Shown: piece by piece, positions 8,701 to 19,558 of the stretch
How positions within the stretch are numbered: position 1 is the stretch's first letter
Layout of the letters: the number at the start of each line of letters is the position of its first letter
NCBI GenBank assembly: GCA_001600695.1
Contig: BCKQ01000001.1
Span: forward strand, 978,326 to 1,042,325
Direction of reading: 5' to 3'
Source: Ascoidea asiatica JCM 7603
Taxonomy: Eukaryota; Fungi; Ascomycota
Length of the DNA stretch: 64,000 nucleotides
Made by a program: the position numbers and the translations under genes
The notes under the pieces: generated by a model
What the model was told of the DNA's origin: nothing
The model's input: only the letters and a program-made list of their open reading frames with translations
Database searches by the model: none

Positions 8701-11320
8701 TAATTTCAATTCGACTGGGAATACAAATGGATCAAAAACTATTAGATTTTCAAGTTTAAATAATAATAATAATGGTCATAATTTTGGAGGAGGATCTTTT
8801 TCTGCAATTAAAAGAAGAAAAGCTCTTATGGAAGTTGTTGAAGAAAATGAAGGAATTGTTTATTTGAACAGACAATTTAGGAATATTTTAACTCAAAAAA
8901 GTGGAAATGGATATGAAGTTGATTTTCGAACCGTGAGGAGGGACGTTGCCGAGTTACAAAAGCAGGGTAAGCTCGTAGTACACAATTTCAACCTTTTGCT
9001 CCAAAACAATCAATCCATTCCTAGAAAGTTGGTAATGGTTCCAAGTCTTGTTTCAGATATCAACAAGATTCAGTCCATGAAGGATAGGGCTCAATTGGAA
9101 CATGAAAAAAAGAATTATACCAAGCCTAACTTCAATGTCATGGATGTGGATGTTACATTGTATAATTCAGACTTTGAGAACGCTCTAAAACCCAAGCCAC
9201 CCAAGATTAAAAAAGATAAGAATATTGATAAAGATGGTGAAATAAAATTGAAAAGAGAGAAAGCAATGTTGAAGAAATTAGAAAAACGAAAGAAAAGAGA
9301 AGATGCTAAAAAATTGAAGGCTCTTAAAAAGGCCAATGGTGAATTTGATGGAGATTTAAAAAAAAAGAAGAAGAAATCAAGTAAAGGTGTTAGAAAATCT
9401 AGTGGTAATCGAAAATCTAAAAAAGATAAAGATAAGGATAAGGACAATGATAAGTATGGTAAAAATGGCAATTCTGAAGGAAATGAAGGTGATGACAATA
9501 ATGGTGAAAATAATAATAATCATAATAATAATAATAGTAGCAAACATAATAGTAATAATTCTAATAACTCTAATAATAATGAAAATAATTCTGATTCTAA
9601 TTCAAGTTCTCTGGAGGGTGATAATAGTGAAGAAGAAGAAGACGATGAAATGGTTGTTTCTAAAAAATTAACGTTTCAAGGAAGAAAAAGAAAAAGAGGT
9701 ACAACAAAATCTAATAATTCAACAAAAGTTTCAAAAACAAATAATGGTATAAAAAATACATTAAATAAAAGGAAAAGTAGAATGAAATATGAGCTTAATC
9801 AAGAAGAAGCTATTACATTATTTAGAGCCATTACAATTACTAGAACACTTTCAGCCCAAGGATTAATTGCTTGGGATAAAATTGCAGAATATTTTGGTAA
9901 TACAACACAATTAATTTTAAGAAAAAAATGGCCAAAAATTAGAAAAATTATTGGTGGTGAAAAAGGAACAAAACAAGCATTTGATGCATGGGAAAAGATA
10001 TTATTAAATTCAATTGAAAAAAAAGAAATTAATTATGAAGATGTTGTAAATGTTAATCTTAAAAAATTTCTTAAAATTTGGAAAGATGTTGAAGGTACTG
10101 AATTACCTAATAAAGATCCATTTGAATTTTATGATGAAATTGAAGATAATAGAAAAAAATATGTATTTATTGGAGAAGAAGAATCAATTCAAAATGCATG
10201 TGATGATTATTGTTCAGAAAAATCTATGATTCAAAGATTTAATGCAATTGCAAATCATACATTTTTTTATAAATATAAAATTAGTGAAAAGGATTTGGAA
10301 AAAAGTTTTAAAAATAAAAATAAAAAAATTCTTAATAAAAGTAGGAATAATAATCATAAAGATATTTATAGTGAAAATGAGTTTGTAACTGATTTTGAAA
10401 GTGAAATTGAAAGTGAGAAAGAAAAGGAAAATAAAGATGAAGATAAAAATAATATTGAGATTGAAGAAAAAGAAAAAGAAGAAGAAGATAATAATAGTGT
10501 TGAAAAAAAGAAAAGGAAAGAAATTGTTAAACAAACAATTAAAGCAATTTTTGCTACAGATCCTAAAAATTATACAGCAGAAGCTTCCAAAAAGATTTTA
10601 AAACAATTTAGTGAAAAAGAATGTACAGAAGCCTTAAAAGAAATGGATAAAGAAAAACAAATAATTTTTCAATTAAAACCAGGTACACCAAATTTTATTT
10701 TAACGGAAGAAGTTTTAAATCCAATTGAAGGATTTAAAATTGATGATTCATTTTTTGAAGATAGTAAAAAATTTTATAATATTTTAACAGAAATTTTAAA
10801 TTCAGAACAAGCTTTAGTACTTTCACCAGCAATTGGTAATGGATCAATGGCATTATTAATTGATTTAGGAATTTTAATGAAAAAGATTAATTTTTTTAGA
10901 TCAGATAAAATAGTTACATCAATTTTAACAAATTATATTTCTAGAGAACTTGAAAGAGAGAAATTAGATTGTGATATAATAGTTAAAAAAAAATTAGATG
11001 TTAATTTATTAGATGAGAAATTGTTACCAATAATTCCAGTACCCAATGGATTACCATGTTGCAAGATATGGATTGATGTTCAAGGTAATATTAATTTAAA
11101 GATTTGGAGAAGAATTATTATTATTATACTATCGTTAATTGTTTTTAGACCAGGTATAACATTTGAAAATATTTTTAAGAAAATTAAAATTTTAGTCACA
11201 CAAGATGAATTAAAAGAAGTTTTTGATTGGATGGTCAAAAAGAAATGTATTGGAACCAGAAAATTACATGATTGTGAATATTTCTGGGTTCAACCTGGAT
11301 GGATAAATATTCTTGAATAA
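5774..11320 (+). CDS. TFC3: TFIIIC B-box-binding subunit (tau138/Tfc3) with AT-hooks and Asn/acidic inserts
   Basis: N-terminal LDELVDYIIEQVAYESDDG, winged-helix GQDPRSLTSRIKIL, VDFRTVRRDV, and C-terminal KIWIDVQGNINLKIW..IVFRPGI..WVQPGW. AT-hooks are KPRGRPRK and KRGRPKK. Confidence 0.88.
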   Translation: MSAVCSLDELVDYIIEQVAYESDDGLSLNLLWNIIKLKLNLNPNQNLSIDFKTSIWKLLINEKDLLLYDKIINNDNNIDNLNRISIKKNYINLISNDINNDIDKNLILKLNLDHQYLILTGENKLNSNIGINSFNILKLIIKKKYNGLLVLDIPKFIGQDPRSLTSRIKILKKKNLINSIQITHSKRITHILVYYKFFNQFNSLYNNQNNQNNQNDQNIDNDYYIHSISKKLIVDLIKNAPNNIRSVRDLKIQLNLNNLNSNKRSFKNLINSLVTNNYLKKVLAPTKINSNKKLLCLLYLKDFNSTSNNDNNNNNDSDSNDEFDSDSDLDLDLDSDEDSNEDNEENENQIENQELEIENEIENKNKINLNTHSIPLINSLFPLENQLLKLSEISKNNGISTMFLQKKTLGCNTSRTFHKYMDLFTISINNNNNNNLNNLINNITDININDYYKIIRGYDFSGKTKFYRYFSKINYISNFNNNIDFNNYNNINKFNLINEKKNYDNLPIVNFNNLKFFKSSLTSNPLHLMKDEFNNFYIIWHGMERSIYSLKSINYFKFTIINGNLKEIQLNDKKNLSPSKNNINKIVTKPNGKPRGRPRKIIDESKIVKPKIKGKRGRPKKVTNKIEKISKIEKIIEINKENSTNNNDNDINIKENNNKKNDKDKSNDNTNNTTDEEMVDALETIESNKVDKVNDVNEVDNTNDVNEFDKTDKVIEISNVDKVNDVNNTDEINEVLSNINEKVSLPNTSNENMSKETINESSKENNISSDVIDPSIHNDSSTNSTYYTASSKGELNNSNPNSKENEIVSDFNKNDNIVDQDTTMIENNSQNSVCTTVANDINEKSIEKNIEENIEKNNSTTTENKEEINVEKSDENIAENIVEEDIEYNKNQNQIPSDKAGEMLIEASIDMSIAKQSVLVNDSLKGDYLQIPETNYLTEQEDNNDNNDNNDNNDNDIIINDLNQIKMQRPLDSLNINFNSTGNTNGSKTIRFSSLNNNNNGHNFGGGSFSAIKRRKALMEVVEENEGIVYLNRQFRNILTQKSGNGYEVDFRTVRRDVAELQKQGKLVVHNFNLLLQNNQSIPRKLVMVPSLVSDINKIQSMKDRAQLEHEKKNYTKPNFNVMDVDVTLYNSDFENALKPKPPKIKKDKNIDKDGEIKLKREKAMLKKLEKRKKREDAKKLKALKKANGEFDGDLKKKKKKSSKGVRKSSGNRKSKKDKDKDKDNDKYGKNGNSEGNEGDDNNGENNNNHNNNNSSKHNSNNSNNSNNNENNSDSNSSSLEGDNSEEEEDDEMVVSKKLTFQGRKRKRGTTKSNNSTKVSKTNNGIKNTLNKRKSRMKYELNQEEAITLFRAITITRTLSAQGLIAWDKIAEYFGNTTQLILRKKWPKIRKIIGGEKGTKQAFDAWEKILLNSIEKKEINYEDVVNVNLKKFLKIWKDVEGTELPNKDPFEFYDEIEDNRKKYVFIGEEESIQNACDDYCSEKSMIQRFNAIANHTFFYKYKISEKDLEKSFKNKNKKILNKSRNNNHKDIYSENEFVTDFESEIESEKEKENKDEDKNNIEIEEKEKEEEDNNSVEKKKRKEIVKQTIKAIFATDPKNYTAEASKKILKQFSEKECTEALKEMDKEKQIIFQLKPGTPNFILTEEVLNPIEGFKIDDSFFEDSKKFYNILTEILNSEQALVLSPAIGNGSMALLIDLGILMKKINFFRSDKIVTSILTNYISRELEREKLDCDIIVKKKLDVNLLDEKLLPIIPVPNGLPCCKIWIDVQGNINLKIWRRIIIIILSLIVFRPGITFENIFKKIKILVTQDELKEVFDWMVKKKCIGTRKLHDCEYFWVQPGWINILE

Positions 11321-11946
11321 GAATAATATGATATCAATTGATTATTTCATTTCTTATTAAATGGGTAACTCTATTTCTTATTATTTCTTGTTATATTTGT
11401 GGTTATTTGTGGTTTTGAATGAAAAGAATGTGGTAATGTGAGCTTACGTAAGAATGCGTGGTCCGAGGCTGGGCAGAGCAGTGAACACACGGGCCGGAAG
11501 CTAACTGCAGGGCTCTGCTCCGATCCTTCAGAATGGTAACAAAATGGAATATTCCTTAGCCAAGGCAAAAAAAAGGCTATTTTCCAAGTTGACGTTGAAT
11601 AGGGAGAAGGAGGAGGAGCAGTTCACATCCGTTGCTTGCTGAGAGTTTGTTAAATGATCTACTAAAGAAACAATGAAATAGAGAGATATTGAGATAATGA
11701 AAGAATGAAATAATAAAATAATGGTTGATACTTTACTATTTCACTATTTTATATGTGATTCAGATATTATTTAAAGTAGTTTATTAACATATTGTATATT
11801 TATTGTATTAGTTATATTTTTTATTCTTTTTTAGTGTGTTTTTGTTAGTTTGTTATTATATACTTTAATTAATTTGTACTTTTGTTTTTATATTTTATTA
11901 TTTTTATATTACATATAATATAATTAAGATTAGATAATATTAAAAG

Positions 11947-12903
11947 ATGAATTATTTTGGTAATATGGGTGGTGGAACTTATGATAGAGTTCAAAGAGAA
12001 AATAGTATTTATACTTCAAATACAGTTGATGATCCATTTAGGGAATCATATGAAATGAATCCATTTGGATCAGATAATGAATATGATAATGATAATAATA
12101 ATAATGATAATTTTATTCAATTTAGTAATAAAATGATATCAATTAATAATAAATTAGATGATTTTTCAAGTTATTTAAATAATATAAAAAGTAAAGAATA
12201 TGAATTAATTAATGAAATTAATAATGAACAAAAATTAAATAATCAAGAAGAATTAAAAAATTTAATGATTTCTATAAAATCTTTACAATATCAAATTAAA
12301 AATGATATAAAATCTTTAAGAAATTTATGTAATAATGATTTATTAAAATTAGATCAAACAAATAATATAAAATCAAGATTTATGGAATTAATTGAAAAAT
12401 TTAGAAAAAATGAATTAAATTATTCAAATAAAATTAAAGATGAAAATATTAAAGAATTTAAAATTATTAATCCAAATGCTACAAATGATGAAATTAATCA
12501 ATATCTTAATAGTAATCAAGATAATAATGAAATATTTTCAAATTTCTTATTAGAAACTTCTTCTTCTTCTTCTTTAAAAAAAAAAGAAAATGAAAAATTA
12601 ATTAATAATGTAAAATCAAGAAATGAAGAAATTTTAAAAATTGAAAAAGATATGAATGAATTACTTGAATTATTTGAAGAAATGGAAACTTTAATAATTG
12701 AACAAGATGAAACTTTAGAAGATATTGATACTAATATTTCTCAAACTAATGATAATCTTCATGAAGCTGATATAAAATTTAATCAAGCACTTAAAAAAGC
12801 AAAAAAATCAAGAAAAAGAAAAATATGGTGTATATTTATTAGTGTTTTAATTGTTTTAATTCTCATAGCAATCATCATAGTTGTAATAATCACTCAAACA
12901 TAA
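11947..12903 (+). CDS. SSO1: Plasma-membrane syntaxin (Sso1/2-like Qa-SNARE)
   Basis: Habc helices, IINPNATNDEI, SNARE motif SRNEEILKIEKDMNELLELFEEMETLIIEQD, then KKAKKSRKRKIWC and a C-terminal TM segment. Confidence 0.8.
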   Translation: MNYFGNMGGGTYDRVQRENSIYTSNTVDDPFRESYEMNPFGSDNEYDNDNNNNDNFIQFSNKMISINNKLDDFSSYLNNIKSKEYELINEINNEQKLNNQEELKNLMISIKSLQYQIKNDIKSLRNLCNNDLLKLDQTNNIKSRFMELIEKFRKNELNYSNKIKDENIKEFKIINPNATNDEINQYLNSNQDNNEIFSNFLLETSSSSSLKKKENEKLINNVKSRNEEILKIEKDMNELLELFEEMETLIIEQDETLEDIDTNISQTNDNLHEADIKFNQALKKAKKSRKRKIWCIFISVLIVLILIAIIIVVIITQT

Positions 12904-13596
12904 TTTTTCTTTTCTATATTTGCTTATTCTCTTCTCTTCTAATAACATAATCAATTTACATAAATATTAATAACAATAAAAGCTCGTTTATCAATAAAAA
13001 TTCTTAAAAATAATTAACGTTACCATTTTTCTGTTAATTTGCCCAGAAACAAGAAACAAACTAAAAATAAAAAAAACAAACCGAAATCTGCAGCTTGGCA
13101 ATTCCTGCATGCAAATACATACACTTGACTGTCGCCAATTTCATGGACGTACTAAACACGTGGTTTACCCTCGGTTTTTGTTTGTTTACTTTTCTTTAAT
13201 TTTGAATTTTGAATCTTTTTTGTTTTTGTTTTTGTTTTTGATTCTGAATTTGAATTTGAAATTAATTTGAATTCAATTTCGAGATTGAAATCGAAGTTGA
13301 AATTGGACTTTTCGATTCAAACTCATCTGCTTTTGCTTCTTCTGTTACCAAAAACACTTTTGTTAGGTGTGTTTTCATATATTTATTCAGTGGTTGTTGT
13401 GCTTTTGTTTTTGGTTTGTGCTTCGCGTTCTTTGTTTCTTTACCTTTCTTCTCATGCATTCTTAAATTTATATTCCCATTTCAATAATAATTATCATTTT
13501 ATTTACAAATCAAATTAACTCAAGTTAAGTTAACCCAAGTTATTAGTTTCTTCAATCGTTATTATTCACTTGATTCCTTTCTTTAAATCATATGAA

Positions 13597-16500
13597 ATGT
13601 GGAATTTTAACTCAAATAATGAATCTTCCTATAATCTTAATAATAATTCATCTAATAACAATAACAATAATAATATTTTAAGTTTAAAATCAAAATTACA
13701 ATCAAGAAGAGAAAAATATGCTAATTTAAAAAAAAATTTAGATAATATTGATAATACTATCAATAATAATTTATCCAATAACTTTTTATCTAATAATAAT
13801 TATAATTTAACTAATAATACCGTTAATAAAAGTATTAACAGAACTAAAAAATATAATTATAATAACTATAATTATAATAATGAGAATTATAACAATAATC
13901 ATAATAACAATAACAATTTCAATGAAATTGAAGTAGAGAATGAAAATGAGAATATACTATTAAATAATACTCCTTCAATTTCAAATTTTAATAAATATGA
14001 AAACAGGTATGAAAACAAGTATGAAAACAAATTTGATACATATAACAGGTACGATAAGTATTCTAATGGTTATATAGAAAAAGATAATGAAATTTATAAA
14101 AACAATTTATATTCAAATAGTGAAAATACTTTAAATTATCAAAATAATGAAAATACTTTAAATTATCAAAATATAAATGGAAATAATGATTATAAATATA
14201 AAAGAAATACAAATCTTAATATAAATCTCGATAATAACAATAATAACAATAACAACAATAACAATTTATTAAATTCAAAAAATTTATATAGATCTAATAA
14301 ATTAAATAATCCATATTTATCATCATATTCAAGAAATTTTAAAAAATATAATAATATTAATTCAGATTTGAATATTAAAAATGATGAAAATTTAAATATT
14401 AATATTCCTGGTACTTTACCTCATTTTATTAAATCTCCTTCCCTAATAAATAATACTTCATTAGCTTCAAGATATAAAAGTAGAAGTAATAATATAAGGT
14501 CAGATTCAAACTCAAACCTAAATTCAAATTCAAATTTAAATTTAAATTCAAAACCTAACTCTTCTGGTGGTATATTATCTACCATTGCTTCAACTGTTTC
14601 AAATATTTTCTCACATCCAAAAAATGATAATGATTATAAAATTTCAAAACCAAATAATAATAATAATAATACAACTTCTCTTTATTATAAAAGAAAAAGA
14701 GATTCAAGAATAAAAAGATTGAATAAGTTACAAAATAAAAAAAATTTATTATTAAATAATTTAAATGATATTAATGATTTAACAAATATAAATAATTTAA
14801 ATAATATATCTAAACAGATTATAACTCCAATATCTCCATTATCCTTAAACTCAAAAAATATTCATCAAACTAATACCAATAATAATAATGAAATAAATAA
14901 TGATATTACGAGAAATAATGATTCAAATCTTGATAAATCTAATCATAACTTTTTATCTGGCTTATTTTCAAGTTTTTATAGTAAGAAATCTTCTCCTGAA
15001 AAAATAAATCCAACTAAAAAACTTAATAAATCACCAAAAGACTATCACGACTCAAAAGAATCTACATACAAATCCAAAAATGAAAATAAAAACAATGTTA
15101 AGAATATTGAAAAATTGGATGATTTTTCTAATCATTCATCAAATAATAATTTCGAAACTAATCTCATAATACCTAACGAAATAGACTCTCAGAAACAAAC
15201 TTATAATTATATTCAAACTCAAAATCGAGATCAAACTGATTATTATCCAAAAGAATATATTTCAAAAGTTTCAAGTAACTTTTCGGAAAATGAGAAAAGT
15301 ATACAAATCAAAAACAGTATACCCAAGAATAATAATATCCTTAATGACAATTATAATTTTAATAATGATTATGAATCTCAGAATGAATTGGAAAATAATT
15401 CAGAAAATTATCTGAAGAATAATTTGGAAAATCCGAAAAAAATTGATAAAGGTAAAAATACCCATAAAAAGAAAAAAATTGAAAAAATTAAAAAAATCAA
15501 AAAACCTGAAAAAGAAAGAAAAACTGAAAAAATTAAAAAACATAAAAGCTCAAAGAAACACAAAAAATCAAAAGAAAAACAAGAGTCTAAAAAAGAAAGT
15601 GATTTGTCAAACTCTAGTATACAATATACAAATCTGGATACTAATCAAGATACCAGTCAAGATTTTTTTTTAAATCAACTTTTATTAAGAAAGAAAGAAA
15701 AAGAATTACAAGCCAAAGAAGAAGAAATTTTGTCTTTAAGAAAAAAAGAAGAACAAGCAAGATTGAAAGATCAGGAAATCTCATGTTTAAGTATTAAGGT
15801 GAAGGAGTTGGAAGAATTGATTCAAAATTCTATTATTCTGACTTCTAAAAAAAACAATGAAAGATTACGTAGTCCTATGAATTCAGAAATTGAAAATATT
15901 GTAAACTTTCCACTAAATTCCTCAAAAAAAACTACTCAGCTTAATCAAGAGGATCCCAAAAAAAAAAAAGAAAAAATAAAGTTAATAAAAGGTTCAAAAA
16001 ATTCCAAAATTTCTAAAAGTTCAAAATCTTCAAAAATATCTCGAGACTTAAGAAGCATAGGTAATATAAATGATTTAGGGGTTGAAGAATTAAAAAACAT
16101 AAAAATCAATAAAACCAGTAAATCTGGAAAATCTAGTAAATCGGACAAATTGGAGAAAAAAACAAAAAAACTAAAAGCAAATGAAATACCTATATTAAAG
16201 CCTAGAACGCAGTCATCAAATCTGAAGTTTAATTTTATTTCTAATTCCAATCCTGATAATAAAGACAAAGCTTATAAGTATAACTCCATTGTTACGACTA
16301 ATAATTTTTTGTCACCTGAATCTCATGAAAAGGAGAAAGAAATCAAGTATGTATTAGAAGAAAAACCCTATGAATTTCCAAAAGCAATAAAAGAAAAATA
16401 TAAGATTATAGCGAATAGTATCTATAAAAAAGAACAAGAAAGATCGAGTATAATAGAAAATGAGAGTGTTCTTACTAATAATTTTAATAGTTCTAATAAT

Positions 16501-16863
16501 TATGATTCCAATAATCTTCAAAATCCCAAGAATAAACTAAATAATTTCAATAATAATAATTTTAAAAAGCATAGTGATGATCTAGATGATAATGTGAATA
16601 TGGATAAAACATTTGTGACATTAGATAACATAGTTTTACCAGATTTAAGGCCTAAATCAAATAGTATTTTGGAAAATACAGTAGATAATGCTAATTTGGA
16701 AAAGAGAAATGATAATATGAATACACTAAAAGAAGATGAAAATGATAGTAATGATGAATTCGACAATACCGAATATCAGGGCAATTTGAATATTCATGAA
16801 AAGTCACTAATTGGATTATCACCAATTAAAGTAACATTTGATTATGAAGAAGCGGATGCTTGA
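13597..16863 (+). CDS. Uncharacterised large Asn/Lys/Ser-rich protein with a central coiled coil
   Basis: 3.3-kb open frame. First ATG is at 13597 (the track starts at TTG 13570). Coiled coil KEKELQAKEEEIL..KVKELEELIQ. No family recognised. Confidence 0.75.
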   Translation: MWNFNSNNESSYNLNNNSSNNNNNNNILSLKSKLQSRREKYANLKKNLDNIDNTINNNLSNNFLSNNNYNLTNNTVNKSINRTKKYNYNNYNYNNENYNNNHNNNNNFNEIEVENENENILLNNTPSISNFNKYENRYENKYENKFDTYNRYDKYSNGYIEKDNEIYKNNLYSNSENTLNYQNNENTLNYQNINGNNDYKYKRNTNLNINLDNNNNNNNNNNNLLNSKNLYRSNKLNNPYLSSYSRNFKKYNNINSDLNIKNDENLNINIPGTLPHFIKSPSLINNTSLASRYKSRSNNIRSDSNSNLNSNSNLNLNSKPNSSGGILSTIASTVSNIFSHPKNDNDYKISKPNNNNNNTTSLYYKRKRDSRIKRLNKLQNKKNLLLNNLNDINDLTNINNLNNISKQIITPISPLSLNSKNIHQTNTNNNNEINNDITRNNDSNLDKSNHNFLSGLFSSFYSKKSSPEKINPTKKLNKSPKDYHDSKESTYKSKNENKNNVKNIEKLDDFSNHSSNNNFETNLIIPNEIDSQKQTYNYIQTQNRDQTDYYPKEYISKVSSNFSENEKSIQIKNSIPKNNNILNDNYNFNNDYESQNELENNSENYLKNNLENPKKIDKGKNTHKKKKIEKIKKIKKPEKERKTEKIKKHKSSKKHKKSKEKQESKKESDLSNSSIQYTNLDTNQDTSQDFFLNQLLLRKKEKELQAKEEEILSLRKKEEQARLKDQEISCLSIKVKELEELIQNSIILTSKKNNERLRSPMNSEIENIVNFPLNSSKKTTQLNQEDPKKKKEKIKLIKGSKNSKISKSSKSSKISRDLRSIGNINDLGVEELKNIKINKTSKSGKSSKSDKLEKKTKKLKANEIPILKPRTQSSNLKFNFISNSNPDNKDKAYKYNSIVTTNNFLSPESHEKEKEIKYVLEEKPYEFPKAIKEKYKIIANSIYKKEQERSSIIENESVLTNNFNSSNNYDSNNLQNPKNKLNNFNNNNFKKHSDDLDDNVNMDKTFVTLDNIVLPDLRPKSNSILENTVDNANLEKRNDNMNTLKEDENDSNDEFDNTEYQGNLNIHEKSLIGLSPIKVTFDYEEADA

Positions 16864-17861
16864 TTGAATTCTGGAACAATCACTTGAAAAGAATAGATCA
16901 TTTTTAGGTGGATTTTTTAGTAAATCATTGTTCCTAAGAGCTAAAATATTTAGTTTACTTTAAAACTTCAAGTCTTATCACAAAAGCTTGACTTCTGAAA
17001 TATATTCTCTGGAAAATTTCAAAGATTATCCTACCAACTCTTATCTATTGTTACTTTCTGTTGGTTATCTTCTTTATATCTTGTCTTATATCTTGTTGTA
17101 ATGAATGCTTTTTTATGTTTTTTTTTGTAAAAATATCAATTTTTGATTCTATTTTTAAAGGCAGCACAAAACCAGCGCAGACCCAACGCAGAAGCCATGC
17201 GGAACCAATGCAATACCCGACACTGCCTGGGTGAAATGCGCGGGTTCGGAGGCTGAAAGAGGCTTGTGCTCAAATTTGCGCGCGAAACCAAAACATTTCT
17301 GTTTTTAGCATACGCAGAAAAAAAGAAATCAAAACACGAAAACACAAAAAAAAGGCCAGAAACAAAAAATAAAAAAGTAACCGAATAAAAGTTATTTGAA
17401 TCAAAGAGAAGAAAATAAATGAAATAAAATATATTCTAACTTATCTTAACTGGTTTTAGATACACTAAAATATATATCAATCGCTATTCTTTATATCTTT
17501 ATCGTTATTGAGGCAATCGCAAGTGTTTGTTCCAGTTGAGAGTCGCTACATTAGAACCCATATATAGAAATTTGCCTAACATTTCAATTCTCAAAGAAGC
17601 AATTTCCATCTGCATTTGCCAGAAACATAAACACCAATATCTCTCTTAAGATTTCTCTATTTATTAGCTATTGAAAAGCTCAAATACTGCGAATCAAAGA
17701 GTATATGTATATGTATAGGTAGTTATATCAATATATATATGGTTCTGGAGGTATAAAAGTTTTTTCTCAAGGTACAGTCAGTAAATGGTCACATTTCTTC
17801 CATTATATTGAAGTCAATACAATTATAACCCAATCAACTTTGTTTTCAACTTGACTTAAAG

Positions 17862-18398
17862 ATGTTTTCAATAAGCCCAATAAATGCTGAAACAACAAGT
17901 ACTTCTAATATCATCACAAATGCAGCTTATACAACAGATTTGGTAGTTGAAACACAACAAACAACAAAAGTTAATATTATAACAAAAATAATATCTTCAA
18001 CTTCAACTAGAAAACCCTCAAGTACTATTCGTACAGTTGTTGTAACTAACTCATTAACTTCAACTGTAGCTGTGACTGTAACTGGTAATCCTTCAAGTAT
18101 AAGTAATCCTAGTAGCTTATCAATAAGTATACTTTCTGGTAGTAATCGTAATATAAATGATGATGATAATAGTGATAGTACAACAATAACTAAATCAACA
18201 AAATCAACAGATACTTCCAATTCTCACTCAAGTGCGTCTGAAAATATGGCTAATAGTAATAAAATAATTAATATTTTTGGAACAAATAATTTTAATAATT
18301 TCAATAATAATAACCATGATAATACCAATTTTAATTTTTTTAAAGCAAAAATCGGAGTTTTATTTTTAAGTATATTTGCAACAGCTCTAGTTTTGTAA
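17862..18398 (+). CDS. Small Ser/Thr-rich, probably GPI-anchored cell-surface protein
   Basis: T/S-rich body with TVVVT/TVAVTVT motifs and a hydrophobic C-terminus KIGVLFLSIFATALVL. SCB-like CGCGAAA at 17281. The signal peptide looks abnormally short. Confidence 0.6.
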   Translation: MFSISPINAETTSTSNIITNAAYTTDLVVETQQTTKVNIITKIISSTSTRKPSSTIRTVVVTNSLTSTVAVTVTGNPSSISNPSSLSISILSGSNRNINDDDNSDSTTITKSTKSTDTSNSHSSASENMANSNKIINIFGTNNFNNFNNNNHDNTNFNFFKAKIGVLFLSIFATALVL

Positions 18399-18862
18399 AA
18401 TATCTTTTTTGATATCAATCATTTGCTTATTCACTTATAGATTTATAAAATTATCAATCCTTTCATTAATTTTCTTCATTTCCTTTTTCAATATCAATGA
18501 ATAAGTAAATTAATGACTTTTTTATTTTCTTCTTTTATCTTATTTACATTTTATACATTTTTGCTCAGTTTTATTTGGAATATAAATAAATAAATAAAAA
18601 ACAGTTATATTAGACTTTCAGGATAAAATTATATTGATGGTATTTGCTTTGAATTTTGTGTTTTTTATGAAAAGGTTCCTTCTGGACTCTAGCTTATGTT
18701 TCTTTTCCTTTCTTTTCTTTTTTTTTTATTTGTTCTTCTGTTTATGTTTTTTTTTTTTTGTATTGACAATTATTTCAATTTATGTAACTTTAATTTTTTT
18801 ATATATTAATAAATGGTTATTGGTATTTAATTTCATTTTATTTCTCAGTAAATGAATAAATA

Positions 18863-19558
18863 TTAATCTTTCTTAGTTGAAGTATTTTCTTTGACTTTTC
18901 TTTCAAATCCAAATATTGATAACTTATCTGGTTGATTATAAAATAAAACTTCTCTTGATTTCTGATAGATAATCTCTAAATGTTTTAAACCTGGTAATAA
19001 ATCTTCAAATAGAACGATTAGTTCATATTCTTTATTATTTTTGTTATTACTATTATTATTATCATTTTTAACAACAACAAGTAAGTAAAAAATAACTTCT
19101 AAGCCTTTGAAAGCTTCATTTATAACAATATCTTGAATTTTGTCAATTGGTATAAATCTTTCAATTTTTGAATTTGGTAAAAAAAATAAATAATTTCCTT
19201 TAATTGAAGTTATTTGAATCCCAATATCTTTTAAAATTATTAATGAATCTTCTAAATCAGTTTGAAATATAAATTTGGAATAAAATAAATTATATATAAA
19301 TAAAATAGTAATAATTAATAAAACTTTCTTAAAATTTTTAATTGAATATAAATTGAATTCATTAAACCAAAAAACATAAAAATATTCACTTTTAATAAAA
19401 TAACTGATTAAAATGATTGATATTACAAAACTTATAGCTTTTATGATAATTGGAGTTTCAACTTCTTTCACCACCAGAAATTTTATTATTGAAGTTTCCC
19501 TTTTTGATTCATTTATATCTGGATCAATGATTAATTTATAACTATTTCTTCCTCCCAT
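18863..19558 (-). CDS. GPI15: GPI-GlcNAc transferase subunit PIG-H
   Basis: Two TM segments, then EDSLIILKDIGIQITS, FIPIDKIQDIVINEAF..VIFYL and VLFEDLLP. Confidence 0.88.
   Translation of the reverse strand: MGGRNSYKLIIDPDINESKRETSIIKFLVVKEVETPIIIKAISFVISIILISYFIKSEYFYVFWFNEFNLYSIKNFKKVLLIITILFIYNLFYSKFIFQTDLEDSLIILKDIGIQITSIKGNYLFFLPNSKIERFIPIDKIQDIVINEAFKGLEVIFYLLVVVKNDNNNSNNKNNKEYELIVLFEDLLPGLKHLEIIYQKSREVLFYNQPDKLSIFGFERKVKENTSTKKD

Noticed and set aside
11480-11512. SRP RNA helix-8 resemblance (CGGGCCGGAAGC)
   Set aside because: Lacks the CAGG/AGCA symmetric loop, Alu-like 5' end and Pol III terminator context.
17862-19558. GPI-anchored protein next to GPI15 as a functional cluster
   Set aside because: Convergent neighbours with no shared promoter. 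Adjacency is plausibly chance.
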